From Candidatus Bathyarchaeia archaeon (GTDB lineage Archaea > Thermoproteota > Bathyarchaeia > TCS64): a stretch of DNA of 10,796 nucleotides. This document shows positions 1-7,316 of this stretch, in pieces. The stretch spans positions 1-10,796 of the forward strand of contig JBEKDF010000061.1 of NCBI GenBank assembly GCA_050014495.1. The letters are read 5' to 3'. How positions within the stretch are numbered: position 1 is the stretch's first letter; every line of letters starts with the position of its first letter. Made by a program: the position numbers and the translations under genes. The notes beneath the pieces are model-generated. The model worked only from the letters and a program-made list of their open reading frames with translations. It searched no databases and was not told where the DNA came from.

Positions 1-211
1 AGATTTCTTCTATCGTCGCGGCAATACTTTTTCCAACGCCAGGTATCTTATTGAGTTCATCTCTCTCCTTCACCTTCCGGATGTCCTCGGTGAGGCTCGA
101 TATCCTCTGCGCTGCGAGAAGGTATGCTCGGCTTCGGAATCTATCATCCTTGATTGTTAGTATCTCCCCAATCTCGTAGAGGATTGATGCGACTTCCGCG
201 TTTAAGCTCAC
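1..211 (-). CDS. polX: DNA polymerase X family protein, N-terminal 8-kDa/helix-hairpin-helix domain (partial, continues off the left edge)
   Basis: Manual translation from GTG at 211: MSLNAEVASILYEIGEILTIKDDRFRSRAYLLAAQRISSLTEDIRKVKERDELNKIPGVGKSIAATIEEI. It carries the PolX N-terminal pattern N.E.A..L.E....FR.RAY..AA and the HhH motif IPGVGK. Not in the ORF track. A stand-alone HhH protein cannot be excluded from 70 aa. Confidence 0.85.
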   Translation of the reverse strand, partial: MSLNAEVASILYEIGEILTIKDDRFRSRAYLLAAQRISSLTEDIRKVKERDELNKIPGVGKSIAATIEEI

Positions 212-290
212 GTTTATGATTAGGGCTCCCCTTCTCTAATAGCCTAGTGCCTCTTAGGCCAGAGCTTATCGAGTATCTATCAAAAATAAG

Positions 291-917
291 CTAAGTATTA
301 GTTGCCCTGGGGGCTCTCTTAGGCACCTTTTCCTTGAAAACGAACTCGGATAGTGGACGCCTATCCCTCTTTGAGGGCCACGAATCGGGGACACCGATGG
401 GTATCAAGCAGTTGATGACATATCTTCTAGGGATCTCGAAGAACTCCCTGAGAGTGTTCGCTGAAACTGATCCAGTTATCATCACGGAGCCATAGCCAAG
501 AGCCCTCGCAGCCAGCATCAAATTCTCTGCCGCGAGAGCACCATCTTTATCGGCATAGCCCTTATGCTTAACAGCCGTATCGACAAGGACGACAACATGG
601 AGAGGAGCCCCCAAGATGTTGTTGTAGTGGGCCTTCATCTCATCATCCGAGTCTGCCTCGTATCCATTATCGAGAAGCCACTTCTTCCTAGCCCGCCAAG
701 CCTTATCCCTGAATTTCTTCAATATTGCTTTGTCTTGGACAACCAAGAATCGCCACGGCTGCTGGTTACCCGCGTTGGGTGCTTGACGAGCCGCCTCAAG
801 TATAAGCTCAAGATGCTCCGGTTTGACCGGGTTAGCCTTATATTTCCTAACCGAAACCCGCTTCTCGACGACCTCAAAAAAGGGCATATCTGTATCCGTC
901 TTTGGCTTCGCTGACAT
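291..917 (-). CDS. Nitroreductase family protein (FMN-dependent)
   Basis: 208 aa with R.SVRKY, LEAARQAPNAGNQQPWRFLVV and D.ALAAENLMLAARALGYGS motifs. GTGAT Shine-Dalgarno-like sequence just upstream. Confidence 0.93.
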   Translation of the reverse strand: MSAKPKTDTDMPFFEVVEKRVSVRKYKANPVKPEHLELILEAARQAPNAGNQQPWRFLVVQDKAILKKFRDKAWRARKKWLLDNGYEADSDDEMKAHYNNILGAPLHVVVLVDTAVKHKGYADKDGALAAENLMLAARALGYGSVMITGSVSANTLREFFEIPRRYVINCLIPIGVPDSWPSKRDRRPLSEFVFKEKVPKRAPRATNT

Positions 918-1008
918 GGTATCACTTCAAGTCTTTAAAATAATCTCTAAAACATTTGTGTACCACTCAAAGGCTAAAAGCCTGGAATGGACCCCATAAC
1001 TGACTCTC

Positions 1009-1254
1009 ATGAATGTGCTTGACCACCTGAAGAAGAAGGAGATCATAGAACTCGGCTGCGATCTCATTCGGCAACCTAGTCTGACGAGGCAAGAGGGACC
1101 TGCCGTGAAGTTTGTGAAGGATTGGTTTGAGGACAAAGGTTTTGACGAAGTCACCCTGCAAGAGGTAGAACCAGGTCGAAACCAAGTAATCGCAAGGCTG
1201 AAGGGAGATGGAAAGGGTAAGAGCATGATATTCAACGGCCACCTCAATATATAA
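1009..1254 (+). pseudogene. Truncated M20 family metallopeptidase/deacylase (ArgE/DapE-like), N-terminal 81 aa only
   Basis: DLIRQPS..E, GRNQVIARLKG.G.GKSMIFNGHL is the standard M20 N-terminus. It stops at the H-x-D Zn ligand motif (GHLNI*), whereas intact proteins are about 400 aa. AT-rich non-coding DNA follows at once. Confidence 0.88.
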
Positions 1255-1628
1255 TTATAAATAGCGAAATGTCCGGTATTTTTCAATAAAATAGCGTTAA
1301 ACTAATAAATATTCTTATTTCCCCTCTTTTATAACAATTAATATAATTCATATCCGAGTTAAATATCATCAGATACACTATATATTGCCAATTTAGCGTT
1401 TAAACGTTCCGTTAAACAGTGCATATTTGTGTTTACCCAGATGTAAATTCCTTGAATAACCCAAAATTCAGGCATGTGAGTCCGTTTTTGCTATACCATC
1501 ATAATATCAGCCACAAAAACACCAAAAAGAGTTTCCTGAGCCACCCTGTAACCATTGAACAATATAGGTTATGTTGCACGGCTACTTGGTGCGTGTATAG
1601 ATGGGAATCAAATGAGTTTAATAATATG

Positions 1629-2012
1629 GTACGTGTGCAGCTCCTTGTCCATTCCGGGTTAGAGCCTCTCCTAAGGCCTGAGGCAGGTCACGGCCCTGCT
1701 GCCCCAAAGTCGACAGCACCGATATCACCCGCTCACAGATCATAATACCCTTACCATTCCTGAAGCACCACATAATCTTCCTCTGAACCACCAACTCACG
1801 AAGCGCCCTCTCCGCACGATTATTCGTCGCCTCAACCCCAGCCACCTCAAAAAACGTGAACCAGTGACCCAACCCACCAAGCACCTTCCCCGTGAACCTC
1901 CTCACCCTCCATGGACTCGTGAGGCCTCCCCGCCAAACGCAGCATCTCATCCCTCGCCTACTCCGCCAGCCCACACGCCACCCCAAGCGGAGGACCTGCC
2001 CTCGGCGGCACA
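1629..2012 (-). pseudogene. IS66-family transposase C-terminal remnant with probable terminal repeat
   Basis: WFTFFEVAGVEATNNRAERALRELVVQRKIMWCFRNGKG matches the IS66 TnpC C-terminal TNN.AER.LR..V..RK motif. Apparent frameshifts and an in-frame stop flank it. GTACGTGTGCAG at 1629-1640 resembles IS66 GTA-starting ends. GC-rich versus its flanks. The right coordinate is approximate. Confidence 0.85.
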
Positions 2013-2035
2013 CTAATGCGCCGGTAGAGCCGGAG

Positions 2036-2063
2036 GAGCTTAAACCCAAACGGGTTCAGATCC
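2036..2063. repeat. Imperfect 11-6-11 palindromic site, copy 1
   Basis: GAGCTTAAACC-CAAACG-GGTTCAGATCC. Shares AAACGGGTTCAG (12 nt) with copy 2, 111 bp downstream. Confidence 0.55.
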
Positions 2064-2146
2064 TATTATTTCGCGTTGTATTCTAAAGAAACCACTAAAA
2101 AGTTAATCCCTTGTTTTTTTCATTTTCATAGTGGATAAGACGGGCC

Positions 2147-2174
2147 GGACTTGAACCGAAACGGGTTCAGGTCT
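2147..2174. repeat. Imperfect 11-6-11 palindromic site, copy 2
   Basis: GGACTTGAACC-GAAACG-GGTTCAGGTCT. The arms are 9/11 complementary. Confidence 0.65.
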
Positions 2175-2201
2175 GTTTAGTAGCACATTGGGAGGTATCC
2201 A

Positions 2202-2234
2202 CCTAAAATTTTATTCCATTAGTATTCGTTTATG
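2202..2234 (+). repeat. 33-bp direct repeat, copy 1
   Basis: CCTAAAATTTTATTCCATTAGTATTcGTTtATG. First 25 nt identical to 4718-4742; 31/33 overall. Confidence 0.92.
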
Positions 2235-2241
2235 CATACAC

Positions 2242-2460
2242 TTAACCTTGTAAGTTGCTTAATTGGGCTGTTTTAAGATCTTGTTCTATAATCTTCTCAT
2301 GAAACAATCTCAGAGACTGTATTACAGCGTCTGAATTGCTTGTTATGATTCCACGTCTCTTCCATTCTCCAAGCCACTGGGCAGGTTCTCCTTTTAGTGT
2401 CATGTTTATTCTAACATGATTAAGATTGTTGTAAGTTTCTTTTCTCATTCTTGCACTCAT
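2242..2460 (-). CDS. Small putative ribbon-helix-helix (CopG-like) DNA-binding protein
   Basis: 72 aa. Alternating strand VRINMTL, helix, G turn (KRRGIITS), then S.SDAVIQSLR helix, as in archaeal RHH proteins. AT-rich TATA-like box about 25-30 nt upstream. Confidence 0.6.
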   Translation of the reverse strand: MSARMRKETYNNLNHVRINMTLKGEPAQWLGEWKRRGIITSNSDAVIQSLRLFHEKIIEQDLKTAQLSNLQG

Positions 2461-2664
2461 CTATTTGGTATCGTCTAAGTGTATATTTTAACGAGATGGA
2501 TATTAATAAGAAAGGTTACTTTGCAAATTATCCTATATCGATGAAAACATCAGCCATATACTTAGAATATTTATTCGGTTTTACCTCGATGTGATTCTAT
2601 ACCAGCTCAATTACTAAAGAGGTGACTTCCATAACAATATCGATCATTTCCTTTTGGGGATGGC

Positions 2665-2931
2665 ATGAAAGAATCCTCTGAAATTGTAATTAAAATGGAA
2701 ATCAAACACGCTGTCGAGGCGTCGAAGCGTTTTAGGAACTGCGCGAAAGCGTATGGAGAAAGCGATAATTTTCATCACATCTACAACGATATAGCTTCTA
2801 TCTATGAGAGCTATGGTATCTCTTTCATATTCGTTCTCTTTTCGGAAGGGGTCCTTCAAGCAGAGAACTTTGAAGACTTGCTTGGGAGAGATTGTTTAGA
2901 CCTGGTTAGAAACAGCTGGTTAATGAAATGA
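2665..2931 (+). CDS. Hypothetical protein (88 aa)
   Basis: ATG-started ORF with GGGA upstream, co-oriented with downstream genes. No recognisable motif. Confidence 0.4.
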   Translation: MKESSEIVIKMEIKHAVEASKRFRNCAKAYGESDNFHHIYNDIASIYESYGISFIFVLFSEGVLQAENFEDLLGRDCLDLVRNSWLMK

Positions 2932-2985
2932 CTACTTCACTTCTAATCTATTGGCCTGAGAAATTGACTTTAGATTACGATCACG

Positions 2986-3022
2986 GTGCTTGCGCAAGTA
3001 TTGAACCAGAATTCATAGAGTA
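2986..3022 (+). repeat. Intergenic two-armed hairpin motif, site E (degenerate)
   Basis: GTGCTTGCGCAAGTATTGAA-CCAGAA-TTCATAGAGTA. Confidence 0.4.
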
Positions 3023-3057
3023 ACTAATCATTTACTTTCGTTTTTTCAATTTTGCGT

Positions 3058-3402
3058 ATGTCTCAAAGTAAGGATACATTTACGGCTGGCGAGGTTCGTG
3101 AACTCGTCTACTATAGTCAGACAGTAATTTTTGACGCCGTCCAAGCGCCGTTGAGGGCTAACAAAGAGGAGTGTGAGGCGATCACACTCAGGATGCTGAG
3201 GCAGAACGCAAGGTTAGCGTTCTATCCTGAGTTGATTCTCGAGGAGATTTCTAAAGAGGAGGTGAATGGTGGCGGTTCTTTGAGCAGAGAGTTTAGGGAG
3301 TCTCTGTTTAATCTGCTTGGGAATAGAAGCCAGGAAGTTGTCTCTTTAAGTGATGATGATTTGATTCGGGAGGTTAAGAGGCAGGTTAGAAGCTATCACT
3401 AA
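3058..3402 (+). CDS. Hypothetical protein (about 114 aa, helical, charged)
   Basis: The ORF track gives 3052 (TTG); the ATG at 3058 is the likelier start. Protein-like composition, no motif recognised. Confidence 0.65.
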   Translation: MSQSKDTFTAGEVRELVYYSQTVIFDAVQAPLRANKEECEAITLRMLRQNARLAFYPELILEEISKEEVNGGGSLSREFRESLFNLLGNRSQEVVSLSDDDLIREVKRQVRSYH

Positions 3403-3567
3403 TACGTGTGATTGAACCAATTTTCCTTTTACTCGTAAATGGAAGATTCGTTTGGGGAGTGATCTCTCTGGAGGACACCGGTGCGCTGCTAGACGTTATG
3501 TTGAAGACAAGAGTAGATCCGTGCCACTACTTTGGGATCCCAAGCTAAGCGTTGAGTTTCCTGCTAC

Positions 3568-3645
3568 CGTGCGCGCAGTGAGTTCTATCCGTAATCATTG
3601 GAAAATAACCTCGCCTTCCTGAGTACTGGTATTATCTCGTGTGTG
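3568..3645 (+). repeat. Intergenic two-armed hairpin motif, site D
   Basis: CGTGCGCGCAGTGAG (3568-3582) ... CTCGC CTTCCTGAGTACTGGT (3615-3630) ... CTCGTGTGTG. The ends can pair with G-T wobbles. Confidence 0.45.
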
Positions 3646-3653
3646 TTATATAC
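3646..3653 (+). promoter_or_regulatory. Putative archaeal TATA box for a leaderless transcript
   Basis: TTATATAC 25-32 nt upstream of the ATG at 3678, with no SD sequence. Confidence 0.5.
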
Positions 3654-3677
3654 AAAAATACATCTAAAGTCAAGTAA

Positions 3678-4676
3678 ATGGTCCCTGAAAGGCTTCTCGA
3701 AAAGGATATTGAGGATATTTTAGAGAAACATCATGACTATTTCATCGAGCCTGGACTGAAATTTAAAAGCAGACAAGTCTCAGTCAAGGGTGGTCGAGCA
3801 GATCTTCTATTCGTAGATAGATTCGGGGATGAGTTGCTGGTCGAGCTTAAACGGGGAACCGTGAAAAGGGAAGCAATAGCCCAGCTCATCGACTACCTTG
3901 GCAATCTTGCTAATGAAAATTCGCGAATGAGGCTTATGCTTATTGCAGGTAGTATACCCGCAAATTGGAAAAATGCGTTAGACCGACAGGGGATAGAATT
4001 TAAGGAGTATATCGAACGAGATTACCTGACTTATCTTGAAAATAACGACAAAGAATTATTAGAGAAAATTCTTCAGTCACAAAGCGTCTCTGCATCAACC
4101 TCGATCCCTCTTTCAACTAATAATGAGTCGATTATCAGAGAGTTGTACCCTGAGGAACGCCTAATCGTCAAAAACTATGCTGATTTTATGAGGGACCCTC
4201 GAGAAGGTGAAAAATTTGTCGAGGAGGTTAAGGCGCTATTTGCGATGGTTCAGGGAGATGAGCTCACGGAGAAAGGACCTGGAACAAAGAATGCTTGGAT
4301 TCTCATAAAACGTGGCGGCGTCATTGTTGCGAGGGCACACACCCTCAGGGAAAAGTATGAGCTTAAGGAGTATTCTAAACGTGTTTATGATTCTGGTCCA
4401 AGAGTTTCATCTAGATTGAGTAAGTATGAGGATTTGTTACCCCATATGGAACCACTGAGCGGTAAGTTAGTGGGTGATTACGTGATTCTGCCCTTTGATA
4501 TTCTGAAGGGTGTTATGAATAGAAGTGGTGAAGAGATGAATCAGGCGAGACGTGCACTTCAATGGTTTCTCAGAAACAGGTATGGCGCAGTTGTAGCTGA
4601 TAATATGGGAGACTACCTCAGTTTTGGTACAACTGTTGGGGCAATTAAGGTAATTAAAACTAAAGAATTTCCATAA
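3678..4676 (+). CDS. NucS/EndoMS-like (DUF91) PD-(D/E)XK endonuclease domain fused to an unknown C-terminal domain
   Basis: N-terminal LEKDIED...RQ....GRADLL..D....LLVELKRG......AIAQL.DY matches the NucS catalytic domain. A Ser-rich linker (SQSVSASTS) is followed by about 180 unassigned aa. It lacks the N-terminal domain of true NucS. Confidence 0.85.
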   Translation: MVPERLLEKDIEDILEKHHDYFIEPGLKFKSRQVSVKGGRADLLFVDRFGDELLVELKRGTVKREAIAQLIDYLGNLANENSRMRLMLIAGSIPANWKNALDRQGIEFKEYIERDYLTYLENNDKELLEKILQSQSVSASTSIPLSTNNESIIRELYPEERLIVKNYADFMRDPREGEKFVEEVKALFAMVQGDELTEKGPGTKNAWILIKRGGVIVARAHTLREKYELKEYSKRVYDSGPRVSSRLSKYEDLLPHMEPLSGKLVGDYVILPFDILKGVMNRSGEEMNQARRALQWFLRNRYGAVVADNMGDYLSFGTTVGAIKVIKTKEFP

Positions 4677-4687
4677 AGGATACGGGG

Positions 4688-4700
4688 TTTCTTTTTTTTT
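4688..4700 (+). terminator. Oligo-T tract, probable archaeal terminator
   Basis: TTTC followed by T9, starting 12 nt after the stop of the NucS-like gene. Confidence 0.55.
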
Positions 4701-4717
4701 CACTATATGCGCGCACG

Positions 4718-4750
4718 CCTAAAATTTTATTCCATTAGTATTTGTTAATG
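4718..4750 (+). repeat. 33-bp direct repeat, copy 2
   Basis: CCTAAAATTTTATTCCATTAGTATTtGTTaATG, 2516 bp from copy 1. Confidence 0.92.
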
Positions 4751-4967
4751 ATTTAGCAAGATGGACCAGACTTATACCAATATGAGTATAGGTCCATATT
4801 TTAGTTTGTTATTTTTGAAACCCCGCCAAAGGAGGGGCTAGTTCGTTAAAAAGTGAGGCTGGTTAGATTTGAACCACGCAGATGTGGAGATATCCCCCGA
4901 ATCCAACCCCTTTTTTTTATCTTAATTCTTTAGGATAATACATGTAAACAACTAGTTGAACGTATAT

Positions 4968-5007
4968 GTTTAAGCGCAGAGGAAGAGCTTCAGAGTATGG
5001 TTTAGAC
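4968..5007 (+). repeat. Intergenic two-armed hairpin motif, site C
   Basis: GTTTAAGCGCAGAGGAAG-AG-CTTCAGAGTATGGTTTAGAC. Confidence 0.5.
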
Positions 5008-5101
5008 TAGTATAATCAGTTTACCTTGTTTAAGCGAATTGAAATCGTAATCGAAAAAAACTCCTGTGTTAGTGTGAAAGTTGGTTGTTTTTTAAGCTAA
5101 T

Positions 5102-6034
5102 ATGGCAGAGGGTGTTTTAGGTATTATCATGGGGAAGCAACTCTCTCCCGAGTTATCTAAAGCGGTTGCCGAGTTCAAAAGTTACCTTCAAACCGAAGAT
5201 GGAAAATTACATTTTAATTACTTGAAGGTGAAAGAGCCTACCGAAACGAAAAATGTATTGAAAAGACTTCATTCTCTGCCGATACAGAGCGACGAGTTTG
5301 TAGAGCTTGTTCTCTATGGGCTACTACCTAATTTTAAGACGAAATACGCGAAGAGAGTGAGCGTCTCACCTTCTTTCATGAATATCAGGAAGTTCTTCGG
5401 TCGGTTCAACTACTCTGAAAATGATTGGAAGGAACTGTCTCTACTTGTTTACAATCTCATTTCAAAATTCGAGCAGAACCCCTCGCACTTGGACGAGTAC
5501 ATCCGTGATTTCATCTCATATAAGCTGAGCAAGGGCTTGCAGTGTGGGTCCGTCTCACCAATTTTCTTCGCATTGAACCCTAAGTTCCCAATTATAAACA
5601 ATAGAGAGAAGCAAACTTATGATGAGCTCTCATTTCACGTTCTGGATCTAGAAGACGAACTAAGCCAAAGGCTTGAGAACTACATTTCCAACGTATCAAA
5701 GGTTGACAAGCTGATTGAAGTGCTAGGGAAGGATTACGCATTCAAAGAGGTGGGAGATTATGCAATCTTTGACCTTTTTTGCTTTTGGTACACGGAGAGA
5801 AACAAGCTGGTCAGAAAAACAAAAGTACAAAAAGTCCGGCAAGCAACCCCGCAGGGGTCTCCGATAGAGGACAGGGAGATGGCTAATTTCATTCAAGCTA
5901 TGAAGTGTTCTGATCCCAGGGCGTTTTTCATCGGCATGACTGATGGGCCATTAAACCTCTACAAGCTCGACTCAGATGGTAGGATCATCTACAATACCGA
6001 GTTCCAACGTGGTGAGGTTTGGGATAAGCCAAGC
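5102..6034 (+). pseudogene. 5' part of a DUF262 (GmrSD N-terminal, ParB/Srx-like) domain gene, interrupted by an IS
   Basis: After about 240 aa of helical N-terminal domain and a linker comes GRIIYNTEFQRGEVWDKP, the opening FQR..VW motif of DUF262. The last 10 aa of the track ORF are read from the IS end. Start at 5102 or 5129. Confidence 0.8.
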
Positions 6035-7316
6035 GCGCGCGCTGCCCTGTCCCTAAATTCAGAATAAACTTATCTTAACAGTAAGGGTCCCGTCACCTAT
6101 GGCGGCAACCAAAGGAGGTCATTCCGTTAGGACAAGACGAACACGAGACCCTTGAAACACTCTTCAAAAACGTCGACTTAAGCATTGCCCAACAGCAAAT
6201 CATCGGATGCTACCACACATCAGGTCCAGGGAGGCCACCCCGAAACCCGCTTGGCATCTTAAGAGCCCTCCTCATCATGAGGTTGAAGGGAATACGCAGC
6301 CTCAGGGAGCTCACAAGGATCCTCGACATAGACCTCCGCCTCAGAAGGCTCTGCCTCATCCGCCCCAGACAAAGAGGTTACACCCGATCAGTCATCAGCC
6401 GCTTCACCAGACGCGTCGGAGCAGAGACACTTCAACTCATCATCGAGGATAAGGTCATCTGGCTCCTACGAAGGAGCAAAGTGGAGGATGTTGACGTGCT
6501 TCTGGACGCCAGCTTCATCAAGGCCCGAAGCATCAGACACCCCGACGACGGCAGACGAGGCTTCTCAGACGCCAACGCCATGGTTGGGAGGAACGGACGC
6601 TTCTACGGCCTCGGATACAAGCTCCACGTCGCGGTGGACCACCGCAGCGTGCTGCCTCTCGCCACCCTGCTTGCCCCGGCTAATGACAACGAGAAGAAGC
6701 ATGGGCCGGCGCTGATTGAGAGGACCCGGGTGGTTCTGGGGAAGGCTGGGGCGAGGCTTCGGAGCCTTGTGGCGGACAGTCAGTACAGCAGCAGGAAGGT
6801 GAGGGGTCTCGTTGAGGACTCGGTGATACCTTACACGTCTAATCAGAGTGGCGAGGATGTGCTTCGGGTTGATCGGAGGTTCAGGACATATGGCCCCGCT
6901 GGGTTAGTGGTTGAGTACCATAAGCGGTCGTTGGTGGAGTCGGTTTTCAGCTTCTTGAAGGACCAGTATGGGTTGAGGGTGAATAACGTTAGGGGTCTGC
7001 TGAATGTGTCGGTGTACGCGTTGCTGAGTTTGCTGTGTCATGTGCTGGGTCGGGAGGCGGCGGAGAACGTGGGTAGGCCGGAGAAGGCGTTGTCGCCGAC
7101 GTTTTTCAATACTTGAGTATGTGTTCGTCTTTGGCTTGGGGGTGGGGTTGTTAGTGGGCGCCAGGTTTATGGTTCTTCAATGGGTGCGGATTCGCGGTTT
7201 GTGTGTTGGTGTGTCCGTGTTTGGTGGTCGGTTTATGTTTGCTAGGGGTCTTTGGTTGGGTCTTAGTGGATGAGAATCTGCGTGTGGGCTCTATTTAGGG
7301 ACAGGGCAGCGCGCGC
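6035..7316 (+). mobile_element. Insertion sequence, DDE type of the IS4/IS5/IS1182 group, 1282 bp
   Basis: Perfect 24-bp inverted repeats GCGCGCGCTGCCCTGTCCCTAAAT (6035-6058) and ATTTAGGGACAGGGCAGCGCGCGC (7293-7316), a single transposase, and high GC. The exact termini within the GC run are ambiguous. Confidence 0.93.
6121..7116 (+). CDS. DDE transposase (DUF772-like N-terminus plus DDE_Tnp_1-like core); start codon uncertain
   Basis: Catalytic LLDAS, VADSQY and a Y-x2-R-x3-E-x6-K signature (YHKRSLVESVFSFLK), plus GYKLH. The frame is open from 6085 and encodes GRPPRNPLGILRALLI upstream of the first ATG (6277). SD AAAGGAGGT at 6111-6119. Confidence 0.9.
   Translation: MPLGQDEHETLETLFKNVDLSIAQQQIIGCYHTSGPGRPPRNPLGILRALLIMRLKGIRSLRELTRILDIDLRLRRLCLIRPRQRGYTRSVISRFTRRVGAETLQLIIEDKVIWLLRRSKVEDVDVLLDASFIKARSIRHPDDGRRGFSDANAMVGRNGRFYGLGYKLHVAVDHRSVLPLATLLAPANDNEKKHGPALIERTRVVLGKAGARLRSLVADSQYSSRKVRGLVEDSVIPYTSNQSGEDVLRVDRRFRTYGPAGLVVEYHKRSLVESVFSFLKDQYGLRVNNVRGLLNVSVYALLSLLCHVLGREAAENVGRPEKALSPTFFNT

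Noticed and set aside
564..1286. Track ORFs 564-914(+), 719-925(-), 927-1286(-), 967-1242(-)
   Set aside because: Shadow or alternative frames of the nitroreductase and M20 genes, with no motifs.
1270..1302. TGT-starting Tn7-like end
   Set aside because: It lies about 20 nt from the point where M20 similarity stops, shows no clear TnsB-site array, and no tns genes are in view.
2027..2057. GAGCCGG...GGTTC resembling group II intron domain V
   Set aside because: Only 31 nt, the inner stem does not pair, and there is no domain VI or RT nearby.
1419..2086. Track ORFs 1419-1745(+), 1892-2086(+), and 1618-2049(-) as an intact gene
   Set aside because: The first two are antisense to the IS66 remnant. 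The third is a chimera of frames in which only the middle is transposase-like.
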